DNA from: Owenia fusiformis
Taxonomy: Eukaryota
Reading direction: 5' to 3'
NCBI GenBank assembly: GCA_903813345.2
Contig: CAIIXF020000001.1
Location: 25,792,001-25,856,000, forward strand
Length of the DNA stretch: 64,000 bases
Part shown: positions 1 through 13,211 of the stretch, piece after piece
Layout: the number at the start of each line of letters is the position of its first letter
Position numbering within the stretch: the stretch's first letter is position 1
Notes under the pieces: generated by a model
What the model was told of the DNA's origin: nothing
Seen by the model: only the letters and a program-made list of their open reading frames with translations
The model's database searches: none
Made by a program: the position numbers and the translations under genes

Positions 1-894
1 TTTGATGCTTCTCTGCCACGTTATTTTCGTAAAAATTAACATGGCGAAAACTCCCTAAATTACAAAAGGCCACAGCTTTACTGCGCATTATACATAACTA
101 TCTGAAATATACAAAAGTTAGGACAAGTACATATGTTTCTATTTTTATATGCTGTTGCAATATAGTCATTTGATTGCTTATTTTTTAAATTCAAAGTAGT
201 TCCAAACAATTAAAATTTTACTGTAGAACACCACCACCGGAACATGAGTTGAGCGAAGTGAAAAAAGAGCGTCCAGGGTGGTCTGGGGGGGGGGGGGGGT
301 TCTCCCAAATCAGGTCCTATGTCAGGAAGAAATTTCTTTTTCATTTTAATATGAGACCAATTTTGTGTTGCAGAGAATTTCTCTTCCAAATAAGCGCCCA
401 GAGGGTCAGAGAGACAAACAATAAATGCAGTTTGAAAATAGATGTCAAATCTGATGGATCAGACCCAAATGTTGATGTCAAATTTGGTAAGATATCTTTA
501 GATCATAGTTTAGATGTGGAAGTTAATTATCTGGGTCAGATCCTTGTATTTTTGTGACTGATGAGGTACATAGGTGTTTGTTTGACTCTTTATAGTTTAA
601 GGCATGTAGAGATTTTTCAATGTTGACAAGGATCTTGAAATATTGAAGTGAATTTCTCATATAACTTTCACCTACTTTTGCAGAAAAAAAGAAGGAACAA
701 CATAAAACTAGTATAATCAATTAACTTTAAAATTAACTTTCGCCAGTCTATATTATTAGTTTGCCTCACATGCATGTTCATGTTTATTAAAATTGGATCA
801 AAAGATCTAAGTGTCCTGGACCATTATATTTATTAAGAGCAAAAAAGAATCAAATGTTTTGGTGATGGAAGTGGTATATCAAGCATATGGTCAT

Positions 895-2582
895 TAGGGT
901 GGCTCAAAATAATTTTTTTTTGGAAATGTTATGCTCCCTACGTGAATCGAGTTGCATTTTGGGGTTAATATCACCTGTGATTTTTTTCAAATTTTTTAGT
1001 CAACTTTTAGGGGTCCCCCACAGCCTTTGAAGTTTGCCCATAGGCTTAACATTAGTGGGCGTCGCCCAAAATCGTACTTTGTTGAAGTTTTCTTCTAGAG
1101 TGATTTATATATGTTGTGTGAAGAAAAACAACATTGTATATGATATTATTAGATGTTTAAATCATCATATTACTCTGTTTCATCATGTGAACTTATATAA
1201 AAGGTTATACTTACAATATCCTATTAACAAAATATTAGGTACATTCGACCAGTATAATTATTTAAACAAGTACAGTTTTAGAGAATCATGTCTCATATAT
1301 GATTTGGTATTGTCATTATAATGGTTTAAACTGTAAAAGGTATATTCATTCTTGACATTCAATGTTTTAAACATGGTTCAGATCAGATTTTCTTCCTCTA
1401 TGATCTGAGCGTTCAGCACATACATTGTCATGATGCGCCGCGTCACAGGTCATTTGAGATATTCCTGCAGATGATACCAGAACTTGAGACCGTGAAGAGG
1501 TGCTGTGGTTGTCAACGGGGCACTTAAGAAATACCATCCGTAGAGACAGACCACAAATCCCACAAGTTGTGTTATCCTCTGCAGTTGCTGTGGAGTAAGT
1601 TGGACAAATAAGTGGCTGAGCATGAATATCTTCAAGAGGTTGAGACTCTTCCCCATGAACCTGACATGGTGGTAGGCTCCAGGTTGGTCGCAGCTCTTGG
1701 CAGTGTAAGACAGAGCAAGAGAGGAGAAGCAGGAGCTTGCTACAGCACTGCTCAACATCCCATGGCCTGTACAATTTGCAACTGGCAAACCAGGACAGCC
1801 TGAATTCAACCCAGTTGCTGCTTGATTAGGCAATGTTAAACCATCACTAGCAATGTTTGTAACTGAGAGATCTTGGCTCTTATCGTGACAATGTATGTGT
1901 TGTGCGCTCAGAGCAACTTATATTCAAACCCAGAATTTCTGTCAAGACCTGCATTCTGAGAATGATCCAGCTGAACAAGCAGTGAAGCTGGTACAGGAAT
2001 GCTCTCAAATGACCTATGACGCGGCGCATCGTGACAATGTATGTGTTGTACGCTCAGATCATAGAGGAAGAGTGTCACATATAAGAAAATCTGATCTGAA
2101 CCATGTTTAAAACATTAAATGTCAAAAATGAAAATACCTTTTACAGTTTAAACCATTATAATGACAATACCAAATCATATATGAGACATGATTCTCTAAA
2201 ACTGTACTTGTTCAAATAATTATACTGGTCGAATGTACCTGATATTTTGTAAATAGGATATTGTAAGTATAACCTTATATATAAGTTCACATGATGAAAC
2301 AGAGTAATATGATGATTTAAACATCTAATCATATCATATACAATGTTGTTTTTCTTTAAACAACATAAATAAATCACTCTAGAAGAAAACTTCTACAAAG
2401 TACGATTTTGGGCGACGCCCACTAATGTTACGCCTATGAGCAAACTTCAAAGGCTATGGGGGACCCCTAAAAGTTGACTAAAAAATTTGAAAAAAATCAC
2501 AGGTGATATTTACCTCAAAATGCAACTCGATTCACGTAGGGAGCATAACATTTCCAAAAAAAAATTATTTTGAGCCACCCTA
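895..2582. mobile_element. Non-autonomous hAT (hATm-like) element with ~570-bp inverted arms and a degenerate transposase C-terminus
   Basis: Termini TAGGGTGGCTC...GAGCCACCCTA with 8-bp TSD ATGGTCAT (887-894, 2583-2590). Arms are ~895-1467 and ~1994-2582. Plus-strand interior translates to EEKQELATALL..GKPG..F.P / SLAMFVTERSWLL / LHSENDPAEQAVKLVQE..HR, resembling the hATm ND.AER.VKL C-terminal motif, with stops and deletions. Confidence 0.85.
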
Positions 2583-3454
2583 ATGGTCATTAGAACAGGT
2601 TAAACAGTCTGATCATGACTCTATTTGACAATTTGATTGAGTCTACAAATTTTTAATGAGTGTTTTTGTTTTTATTTTCAGTTGATGGGCATAAGCTACA
2701 AATAAATACAAGGAATTTAACAACATATGAAATAGCAAACTTATTCAGTGAACACTGCTTGAAAAGGACAGAAAATAAAGCAGAAACTTAACCATAATCA
2801 AACAACAAATGAATTCGAATGTCACAAATGATATGGTTGTACAATTTGCATAAAGCTTCACACAAAGAACTCGGCAACTGTAGACAGAACTATAGAGTGC
2901 AGGTGCCATGTGTTTAAATACACAAACATTGCACAATTCAGTCATTCCATATGGCTAGTTTCATGTACACTTGGTATTTACCCAAAATTACTTGATATTA
3001 CAGTTTGTTTGCTGGATTTATTTAACAGATCAAGAACGAATCAACGACGAATCCATGTACATTATTTGTGGACTCCCAATTAATATGAATGCTGTAAAAG
3101 TAAATTGTTGGGCACACCTTATTAATATGGATATTTCAAGTAGAATATAAAACTTCATCTGTAATCAATCAATTGGTTTTATCCTGGTAGGCTTCTTTTG
3201 AAGGAGCATTCTTTAAGATTGGACGCCCATATAAACCATTATATTCTGAGTGGAGGGCTTATAGTTAGCTTATCTGACATTGTTTTGTTAATTTTTATGA
3301 GATTATAGATCGCAAATTTAACCAACCATTTCTTCTATTTACAATAAGTGATACAATTCAATTTACAACTTTTTACTTGAACTTTGAATTCCCAAGGATT
3401 TTAAGTTTTCTGAAAAGGCAAGGATCAGGCTATACACAATGTTCAAAAAATCTT

Positions 3455-4136
3455 AACAAGGCATTAGCATGACAACATGTCACCACCTAGTTGCTCACAA
3501 TATTTTTAGTTCAATCTTAAGTCAGATTTGAATTCCTGAGAACATGTAGATGATTTTGAAAATAAAAATTGGTCAATTTGAAGCAAGTTCAACAAAGACC
3601 TTTTTTGACCATGAAAAGGTCGACTAGAAATCTCAAATCTATTTAGTCAGATTTGAACTTCTGAGATCTTGTAAACAGTTTTGAAAAAATTGGTCAATTT
3701 GAAGCACTTCTTCTAGATGATTTTGAAAAAAAAATTGGTCAATTTGAAGCAAGTTGAAAAAGACCTTTTTGACCTCGAGAAGGTCATTGAAGGTCAAATA
3801 TTTTTTTGACCTTGAGAATATCATTGAAGGTCAAATCTATAGTCAGATTTGAACTTTTAGATGATTTTGAAAAAAGATAAGCAAGTTGAAAGACCTTTTT
3901 TGACCTTGAGAAGGTCAATGAAGGTCAGATCTTAAATTTAAAGTCAGATTTGAACTTCTGAAAACGTGTAGATGATTTTGAAAAAAACTGAAGTCAGTCT
4001 AAACAGTATTTGTTAAGTTGTTGGAAGTTTTAAGAATTTGTTACAGATGCCAACCACCGATCGCCGATCACCAACCGCCGTCACAAAAAAACAGAGACCA
4101 TAACGATATACCACCACTTTTTGGTGGTGACATAAT
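3455..4136 (+). mobile_element. Helentron-type non-autonomous element (HINE/DINE/pearl-like) with internal tandem repeats
   Basis: Starts AACAAG. Subterminal IR ATGTCACCACC (~3477-3487) pairs with GGTGGTGACAT (4123-4133). 3' hairpin CCACCACTTTTTGGTGG. About 4 diverged core units (AGTCAGATTTGAACT...GATGATTTTGAAAA...GACCTTTTTTGACC). Confidence 0.65.
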
Positions 4137-4339
4137 GAAAATTGGTTTACTTTTTTTTAAATGGAGGAAATCAGTTTTTTCAATGTTTTTCATTGTGAAA
4201 TTTTTTATGTAAGGAAATATAATGTGCAAAATATCACCAGCAGCCATTTGTTACAGATGCCAACTGCCGAACACCATCCACAAAAAAGTTGAAGAATAAA
4301 ACAATATGTGACCACTTGTGCTGACATATCACTTCTCCC

Positions 4340-5320
4340 TGCTCTCAAACTTTTATATCTTGTTATTCCTCATTCAAATTTTCAGAGACACATTTGACAT
4401 TTTTCTAACTTCCCTGAAAAAATTATTGAGCAAAAAAGTGGTTGTCATAGCAGCATGGATACAGGTTCTGCTGAGCAATATTCTTAAAGTTCACAGCGTA
4501 GTAGATTTTGTTAACCCTAGTTTCTGTCCTGTCTGTTTTGAACATACTTCTGTGGCTGCTTGATATTTCTACCATCAAGTTAACATTCCTTTTCATGTTC
4601 AAAATAGTTCTTATTAGCTTTCACACGTAGCTGGTGTCATTTTTCCCAATTCTGGTTTATTCTGTGGAACCCATCAGCGAACGTTGAGCAGCATTCTGAA
4701 GCTTGTGTATGTTTGTCTGGATCTAACCACACAGACAATTTTTCAAACATAAAAATATCCCCAAAATCGCACAATGCCTTGTCAGGAGAATATGTTGGCT
4801 GACCTTGAATCTCTATCTCCATTGTTGACAGTTTTTCTGGATAGTTTTCCTGCACCCTTTGTGACCTATCCGACAGCGCATTATCCTGATGGAATGTGTT
4901 CGAGTTGAGTCCTATGGGGCCTCAGAATGCCGTTCAATTTCCGCTTACAAAGGACTTTCCAGATGGGTTCCACAGAAGTGGGTATAACCTGATAACACCA
5001 GCTACAGTGTGTGAAAGCGAAGGGGAACTACTTCGAACATGAAATTGAATGATAACTCGTTATTAAAAATGTCGAGCAGCCACATAACTATGATCAAAAC
5101 ATAAACAGGACAGAAGCTAACGTTAACAAAATCTAGTGCGTTGTGAACTATTAAAATTGCTCCGCAGAACCTGTATCAGCATTACTAACTATGACAACAG
5201 CTATTTTGCCATTATTCATTATATCTCAATAATTTTTTCATCAGGGAAGTCAGAAAATGTCAAATACTTCTTCTCTGAAAATTTGAATGATGAATACCAA
5301 GTTGTAAAAGTTTGATAGCA
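4340..5320. repeat. Old foldback/MITE with diverged ~340-bp inverted arms
   Basis: Arm ~4340-4680 is the diverged reverse complement of ~4960-5320, e.g. TTCTGTGGAACCCATC vs GATGGGTTCCACAGAA and ATACAGGTTCTGC vs GCAGAACCTGTAT. TSD not resolved. Confidence 0.7.
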
Positions 5321-6708
5321 AAATTATCTTTACTTGAAAACCCTGTAGATCTTTCCTATAAATCCTGCCACCTTTTGATAATCAGAGAAACTTTGATATA
5401 TTGGCTTGCACTGTGATGTCAAAGGTTGTATTTATTTAAATTAGAAATAAGTTAATCATGTTTTTGCAAGGTCAGATTTCTACCTACAACCAATGACATC
5501 ATCAATTTAGCCAATATATCATAGTTTTTCCGAAATATCAAGATGTAATATTTCATGTTAGTAAGTTGATAGTTCTCAGTACTATACTAATTGGGTCATC
5601 TAAATATATGCCACTATCTATCAGATTCATGTAAACTGCATCCAGACTTCTATTGTAACTAAAATTAATTGGCTTCACAACAGATTTTAACAAATAAGAG
5701 CCATTGTAGAAGCAAAGTTGCAGTTTGCACACATCTCTATCTACCTATAGCAATTCAAAAACCTAACAAACTGATTCTTTGTTTCACTTAAAAATTTTAT
5801 TATACAAAATAAGAGACTACATCTATTCTTATATCAAGTTGATTAATATTTATGATTGATTTGAAATATGTAACATGTTGTCAACATACTAAAATGTATA
5901 GTTGGAAATGAATATGAAAACAATATAGGTAGTAAGCTAGGACACAAAAATGTTTTTACCAGTGAACAAATTGAAATTACTTGTTTCTTATGTATTTTTA
6001 TGTGATACTTCAGAATTTTTTTGTCTGACGCGCCGTATCCGGGGCGAAAGTTGCCAAAGTGGGGTTTTAGACCCTAATATAGAAAATAACAGGGGGTACT
6101 TTATTATCCTTGAATAACTTTTTCAGTTGATCCTTAATCATCACAATAACTTTACTGGAAGTTGTTAATATCATTCTTAACTAGTATGCAAAGTTTCAAT
6201 GATCTGTCATTAATGGTTGTCATGGAAACCATGATCTTTGTTGAAAAAGTCCATAATTTTGGTAAAACCTTTACCTCTACATCATACAGAATAGGCATTA
6301 TTTTTCAACTCAACAGATATCAGAACATGTTAGTACTCTAAGAATTATCAGGACAGTTCAGACATTTGTTTAATATAATAGATATTGTTATTCACATCAT
6401 TGGTATGTGTCACAGACCATACAATTACATAGGTGATCAAAAGTGGGCGTCGCCCTTATAATAGTAGGTGATTACGTTTCCCTATAAATACAGATTTTAA
6501 GTTGACTTGAGATACAATTATAATGTACTTCTATTACCATAATCTATATCAAGCAATTCTGGAAGATACGTATAAGTGTTGTAGGTATTACATCATGCTA
6601 GGGATGGGGGGAGTATATGGGGGGGGGGGGGGGGGTAGAGGTAACCAGCCTTATATAAAACTCATATATAAAGTTTTAGTTTAAAAGTGGGGTTTGCCTT
6701 CATTATAA

Positions 6709-7782
6709 CAGGGTTCATACACCTTTTTAAAATGAAAATCCCTGACATTTCCAGGCAAAAAGGAAAGTCTTGCCCATCCCACTAAAAAGTCTCAAACAAC
6801 TGTATTATTTAAGACAAGACATATTATGAAACATTTTGGGGTTCTCATTTAGTACCATTTTCTCATACCGGTAACTTAGAATTACTTCTAAAAGCCATCT
6901 TATTCACCAATTTATTCCTGATAGATTACATTTTTAATTTTACAGATTTTACATTGCATAAGGTTAAAGGTAAACATACTTGTACAGGGAGTACCCAGTA
7001 AATGTTAAGGGGGTGAAATTATTTGGGTTTGCATCACTATGAGTGAAGCGAAACCCAAAAGGGAATACTGCGGTTCACCTCCCGGAATTTTTAAAAATTT
7101 ACATTGTAAATGGTGCATTCTAAGCATTTCAAACTATAATTTGTCAACTACTGATCATTGTTAACATTATATGATAACAATAACCTGGCATTACTATTGT
7201 CTTCTCCCTTTGGGAAAATCCACACCAAGACATGACACCATATTAGAAATTCCTTATCTAGTAGCGACACTATACGGAATAGTCCTATGATACCAAATAA
7301 AATATTCGGTATTTGTATTATCAGGAATCATGCTTCTTCTGAAAACAGCAACTTTTTGAGTAGCAACAACCTTTTTTCTAGAGCATGTGCCCATCTGCAC
7401 AATTAATCTGAACCAAAAATGGTGAAAGTGTCTTTTTGAGCAGAGGCCCTATATGACCAAAGCATCAGTACATAAAGTTTGAACAAAATCTGTGAACTGA
7501 TATTTGAGTTATTGCCTTGACAGATGGGCAGATGAATAGACTGATGTAAGACCAGACTGTGGAACAGACAGCTTTGTGGAAACAACTGAATGTTAGAATT
7601 TGGATTTCATTGATATCCTGTCATAGCCTAAAATGTATTTTGCTGGAACATTATATTTCAACATTGATACAAAATTCCCTGACATATCTACTGTTTCAAA
7701 ATTCCCGGACATTTTTGACCCAATTTTAACATTCCCTGACCTTTCCAGCACCTGGAAATTAAATCAATTTCCCTGACATTTC
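6709..7782. mobile_element. Truncated hAT-like MITE nested in the left arm of the Academ element
   Basis: Begins CAGGGTTC. Repeated TCCCTGAC subterminal motifs at ~6739 and ~7675-7780. The right terminus and TSD are missing. Confidence 0.45.
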
Positions 7783-8064
7783 TATTCTTAATTCTAAATA
7801 TGGAGTTTAACTTATAAGATACAATTATACTGTATATCTGTTACCATAATTCATATCAAGCATTTCTGGAAAACACATATAAGTCTTGAAGTGGGGGGAT
7901 AGAATGGGTGGGTGTGGGGGGGGGGCTATGCTAGCCAGCCTTAGGTATAAATCTCATCAACATAATTTTGTGTCTCATAGTCAGTATATTTCTTGGCCTT
8001 GCATTTTCTTAGCATTATATTTTTCCCTTTGGTTAAGTTGCTGCCAAGCCTCTTCTCATCATTT

Positions 8065-9300
8065 CATACCGAAATATGTGAAGCCCTCCCAGCACTTCAC
8101 ACTTTCACTGGGTGTAACACTGTAAGTGCCATGGTTCGGAGGGGCAAAGTAACACCTTTCAAAACAATGGCAAAGGTGGAGAATCATACAGACACATTCA
8201 AAGGACTAGGACTCTCAGCAGACATAAATGACGAAACAACCAGTAAAGTAGAAAAGTTTGTATATACCATATACAGGGTGTTTCATATGTATGCACCTTA
8301 TACATTAAACTCATACATGTAGCATTGCCACCGTATTATGTTATATATCATTTTGTTCCTTATGAAAAGTTAATTAGTACTGAAAAGTTTCAGAATCAAG
8401 AGGTGTCCCTGAAAAAAGATACAATCCAACAAAATATGTGGGTAAGGGGTCATTTATAAGCACTTTTGTAAGGATTTTTATGCCTGTCTGGAGATCTGTT
8501 CACTTTGTCTGCTACCCAATTATGGCGATAAAGGTGGTCCCATGGTCCCTGAACTCCCTATAAGCCACACCATGAATCCTGTCTATACCTCTTTGTGCAT
8601 AACTGCCACTGATATGTGGACTGAGCTCTGCCATGGTGACAATAGCAAGAAATGTGCAATACGGAAACTAAATTTGTCCTTTAAATTGTCCTCAAAATCA
8701 CCAGAAATTGCCGTCTAAATGACCGGTACCCACAATCTAGATTATAACTTTTGTCAGTGACACCCCTGGATTCTGAAACTTTGGAATCTTATGTAACTTT
8801 CCATAAGGCACAAAATGATATGTAATATGATACGGTGGCAATGCTACATGTATGAGTTTAGAGGGGGGGTGCATACATATGAAACACCCTGAATACTAGT
8901 ATGGGAAACCTCAAATATCCCAAATCCAGATATGTGTTAAGCCAGATATGTGTTATTTAAAGAGAAGTTTAGGCCCCATACTAAAACAATAACTGACAAT
9001 GAAGGAACAGATATTAGTCTACTTCCCCCTTGTTAAGACTCCCCAATGCATCACTTAGCAAGAGCCAACTACCAGGCACTTATCTGGCGTATAGCCCATT
9101 TTGAAAAACCTAATATTCCAGGACCCGATGGGCACGGGTGGAAACTTAATGATTCTAAAAAATCTGGAAGTTCAGTAGGTAACAATAGATATTCTACCAC
9201 AAGAGATTGTTGATATCTTAACACTAGGGGAAGAATCAGAAGATGACCCAGAAGATATACCCTATAAGATCCAAAATTATGTTGATGAGATTTATAACTA
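8065..9300 (+). pseudogene. Degenerate Academ transposase/XPG-like C-terminal region, interrupted by a MITE
   Basis: Translates to ALPALHTFTGCNTVSAMVRRGKVTPFK...VEKFVYTIY, then after the MITE ARYVLFKEKF...DISLLPPC*DSPMHHLARANYQALIWRIAH..P.IPGPDGHGW...ILPQEIVDIL. Contains in-frame stops and frameshifts. Confidence 0.75.
8274..8891. mobile_element. Tc1/mariner-type MITE inserted into the Academ coding remnant
   Basis: TIR CAGGGTGTTTCATATGTATGCACC / GGTGCATACATATGAAACACCCTG plus ~65-bp subterminal inverted homology. TA on the left; right flank reads AA. Confidence 0.75.
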
Positions 9301-9524
9301 ATCCTGACTAGCTTTGCCCCCCCATCCCCACATTCGAACCCCCCTCCCAGCCTGTTGGAATAACATCAAGACTTAAATGTGTTTTCCAGAAATGCTTAAT
9401 ATGAATTAAGGTAATAGAAATTCAGTATAATTGTACCTAGTTAAACTCCATATTTATAGAAAATGGTAGTAATCTATTATCATTATGAGGGCAAAGCCCA
9501 TCTTTGATCACATTTGTATTGTTA

Positions 9525-10027
9525 ATAGGATAGTTTCTAAATAGCAGAAAAATCAATGAAATCTCGTGCTGCCATCTTTTATTCAGCTTTTAACTCGGGC
9601 TAGAGCTCCATTCGTTTACATGCTAAAATCTTGGAAAAGTGGCTTAATTTCATGATTTATCAAAGTGTGTTTGTTAGATCTGTATAAAACTTGAATGATA
9701 TACCACATGATGACCCTGTTTATGTACATGATGTGATTAAACATGCAAATGTTGATTGACATACAAATAATCCACGGATTTAAAGAATTTTAGCATTGCA
9801 TCTATGGACATTTGGCCCAAGTTTTTTCAAATTGTTATAGAAAATTATTCAAATTACATAACTGTGTAAATCAAAGCTATTAAAGGAGAAAACATTTCAC
9901 TGAATTCAAATATGCCATTTAAAAGAAGGTAATGTAAGTCATTAGAGGTCTAATATGCAAGTCTCTTAAAATCTCACGAAAAACGAGATTTAGCGAGATT
10001 TCAAAAGCTATATGGAAACTATACTAT
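9525..10027. mobile_element. ~500-bp insertion with ~21-bp imperfect TIR inside the Academ right subterminal repeats
   Basis: ATAGGATAGTTTCTAAATAGC vs GCTATATGGAAACTATACTAT. It splits a unit that is contiguous at ~10360-10400. TSD unclear. Confidence 0.45.
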
Positions 10028-11078
10028 TGTATGGTCTTTGACACTTTCCAATAATGTAAATTGCAATATCCTATATATTGAGATAAATCAGAGCAAGATC
10101 CAAAAGATGTACCACATGAAACTAAAACTTTAAATATGAGTTTTATATAAGGCTGGTTACCTCTACCCCCATGTACCCCCACCACATACCCCCCCCCATC
10201 CCTAGCATGATGTAATACCTATAACACTAATATGTATCTACCAGAATTGCTTGATATAGATTATGGTAATAGAAGTACATTATAATTGTATCTCAAGTCA
10301 ACTTAAAATCTGTATTTAAAGGTAATGGTAATCACCTACTATTATAAGGGCGACGCCCACTTTTGATCACCTATGTAATTGTATGGTCTTTGACACTTAC
10401 CAATCATGTGAATAACAATATCCATTATATTTAAACAAATGTCTGAACTGTCCTGATAATTTTTAGAGTACTAACATGTTCTGATATCTGTTGATTTGAA
10501 AAATAATGCATATTCTGTATGATGTAGAGGTAAAGGTTTTACCTAAATTATGGACTTTTTCAACAAAGATCATGGTTTCCATGACAACCATTAATGGCAG
10601 ATCATTGAAACTTTGCATACTAGTTAAGAATGATATTAACAACTTCCAGTAAAGTTATTGTGATGATTAAGGATCAACTGAAAAAGTAATTCAAGGATAA
10701 TAAAGTACCCCCTGTTATTTTCTATATTAGGGTCTAAAACCCCACTTTGGCAACTTTCGCCCCGGATACGGCGCGTCAGACAAAAAAATTCTGAAGTATC
10801 ACATAAAAATACATAAGAAACAAGTAATTTCAATTTGTTCACTGGTAAAAACATTTTTGTGTCCTAGCTTACTACCTAATAGTATCTTTTGTAAGTTTTT
10901 TCAATTTTTAAGAATTTACAGTTTTTTATTTAAAGGGTGCATATCAATATCAAATGCTTAGAAAATGACTTCTGAGAAATATCATCAATTAGATTTAATA
11001 ATTTCAGATTTTTGTTTTCTTTACATGGAATGAAAGCCGAGTATCCATTTCAAGTGCTTAAAAATCAATAATAAATAT

Positions 11079-12416
11079 TAGGGGTCAAACGGTTCAAAAT
11101 TCCAACGGTTCGGTTCGGTCACGGTTTTTAGGTTCACGGTTCGGTTCTGTTCACGGTTCTCGCGGGTCTCGTAAATTGGTAATATTTCCTTAAAAAATTG
11201 TAAAGACAGCTCATAAAGAAACAGGTTTTAGCTTTCTATCTAGCCTTGCCCAAGTCGGTCACTTTCTATCCTGGTCCCACTATCCTTTTTTTTACTAAAT
11301 TGACTTGACAAAGCAAAGTTTATTGGCCTAGTGGCCCACTTTAAATTTTAAACTTTAGATTTTTCTGTCCTTGATAAGATTTCTGTCAGATAAGAGCTGA
11401 GATCTACATGTAGCACAAGCAGTAACTAACAATGACTAATAGCCCAGGGAACATGCATAAAAAGATCGAGTCGAATACTGTACACCAAGTAAGAGATCTG
11501 TATTCAACTCATCTGAATCAGCACAGATGGCGCTGCGATTGTGCGGGAGATTTAAACACAAATATGTTTCAAGTTTTTAACAAAGACATTAGTAATGTTA
11601 TAATTTCTGTAATTGTAGTATTTTTTAAATAATATTGATTAAAAACTAACTCATTATAACAGACAAAACACCTCCACGAAGCAAAATTAATTGTACTATG
11701 AATAGCGTAATCTGGCGAGACCAACTTCCGGTCTATTTATAGTCACAAAAATGTAAACAATTACTTGTCTATCGATTTGTGAGCGATCTGTTTCATATCT
11801 AAGGTAAGAATTGAATGTTCTCTATTGCTATAAACATGTTTTTATACCCTTTGCATTCGTTTGACTTCACTTCTTAAAAGAGAGCTTCGTCTTCACTCTT
11901 TCAAACTAAAATAAACCTGTGAACTCACCGCGCCAATCAGTGTTCGTCGGCCAAATTTGACCGACGTTCTATATATGGTCATTCCTTCTGACGTCATCGT
12001 TGAGCCCGGAATTGACCAATGACATGCGCATATTTAATTAGAACGCATTTGGCGTATGTTTGTTCAGGCTCGCTGAATGGTGGAAGAAAGGTCAGCGCAT
12101 AGGTCAGAAGTGATTTATATTATTACCCAAACTGTCACCGGTACCCGTCGTGGGGGCGGGGCTACTAAACTGTAATATGGTCTCTACTAGGCAGAGTGTA
12201 GTTTAACTAGACTCTGCACGCAGGGTAATGTTTTTAAGGAATATATACATGAAGAATAAGTTCATGTCGAACGAAAGAGAGAATATTGAAGTCTAAAAAA
12301 TTTCAGTTTTCAATTTTTCCTCGAACCGTGGATGAACCGAATCTCATATTTATGAACCGAAAATACCGTCCTAGCATCGTGTACCGCGGTAACCGCGGTT
12401 AACCGTTTGACCCCTA
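11079..12416. mobile_element. hAT-family MITE
   Basis: TIR TAGGGGTCAAACGGTT / AACCGTTTGACCCCTA with perfect 8-bp TSD ATAAATAT (11071-11078, 12417-12424). Subterminal CGGTT/AACCG repeats. Confidence 0.9.
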
Positions 12417-13211
12417 ATAAATATACAGCAGAATGCTATAATGAGGCTTTGAAAAGGAGTGAAAAACACTTTCATCTTTATATACAACCTTTAATTGGCC
12501 AAAATTAGAAGTACCAGAACATTTCAAGTGTAACCATGAATATACAAGTCATCTAAGTTAATTGTGTTGACTTTGTTAACAACCACATATGTTGCGACAA
12601 AATAATAAATATTTAATAAAAAATTGCAGTTCATTTATAAGACATGGATGATTCTATGATACATGACAAATATGTGATAGAATTTTATGAAAATATTTAC
12701 AATGTGATTTTACATTAATATGACCTTGCTGATACATGACATCAGTTTCTTTCTTCACCCCTGTCTTCATTCACAGATTTTTCACAGACTACAGATATTT
12801 TATGTTACCCCTATGGGCATGAACATATTTCAATGGGTAGATATTTATGTCTATTGTCCATTGGTTTACACTGATATGAGTCTTGGATGACCGTATAATT
12901 GCCCAGCACTATACAGTTACAGTACATGGTAGTATTCACCAGATCCCAGGTATTTTCTGGACACAGCCTATGTAGCCAGAGTGGCCTAGCACAGTTTGTA
13001 ACTGGATAAGTGATAACCACATATTTGGTCCATAACGCCAGTGGGAGGCATTAGCACTGGCCAACCCTAAATGCCATTTCCCATCCACCATCACAGTCAA
13101 TCCCATAGCACTTCCATCTGACACTGACAATACACTGACAAATGACAATACAGTGTATCCATTGCTAATCCACTGAATATTAAACTTATGGCAACATTAT
13201 ATTAACCCGAT

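Larger units (their letters stand above)
5926..10878 (+). mobile_element. Academ (AcademX, XPG-domain) DNA transposon relic, internally deleted, with ~750-bp TIRs
   Basis: Near-identical TIRs 5926-~6682 and ~10119-10878, termini TAGG...CCTA, 3-bp TSD ATA. Interior retains degenerate XPG-like coding blocks typical of Academ proteins. Confidence 0.8.

Noticed and set aside
1-560. ORF 249-557 and upstream sequence
   Set aside because: Poly-G repeat-like fragment with no recognisable protein motif, and element boundaries cannot be defined within the window.
1034-2377. Paired ORFs 1034-1321 (+) and 2156-2377 (-) as duplicated genes
   Set aside because: They are mirror translations of the non-coding inverted arms of the hAT element.
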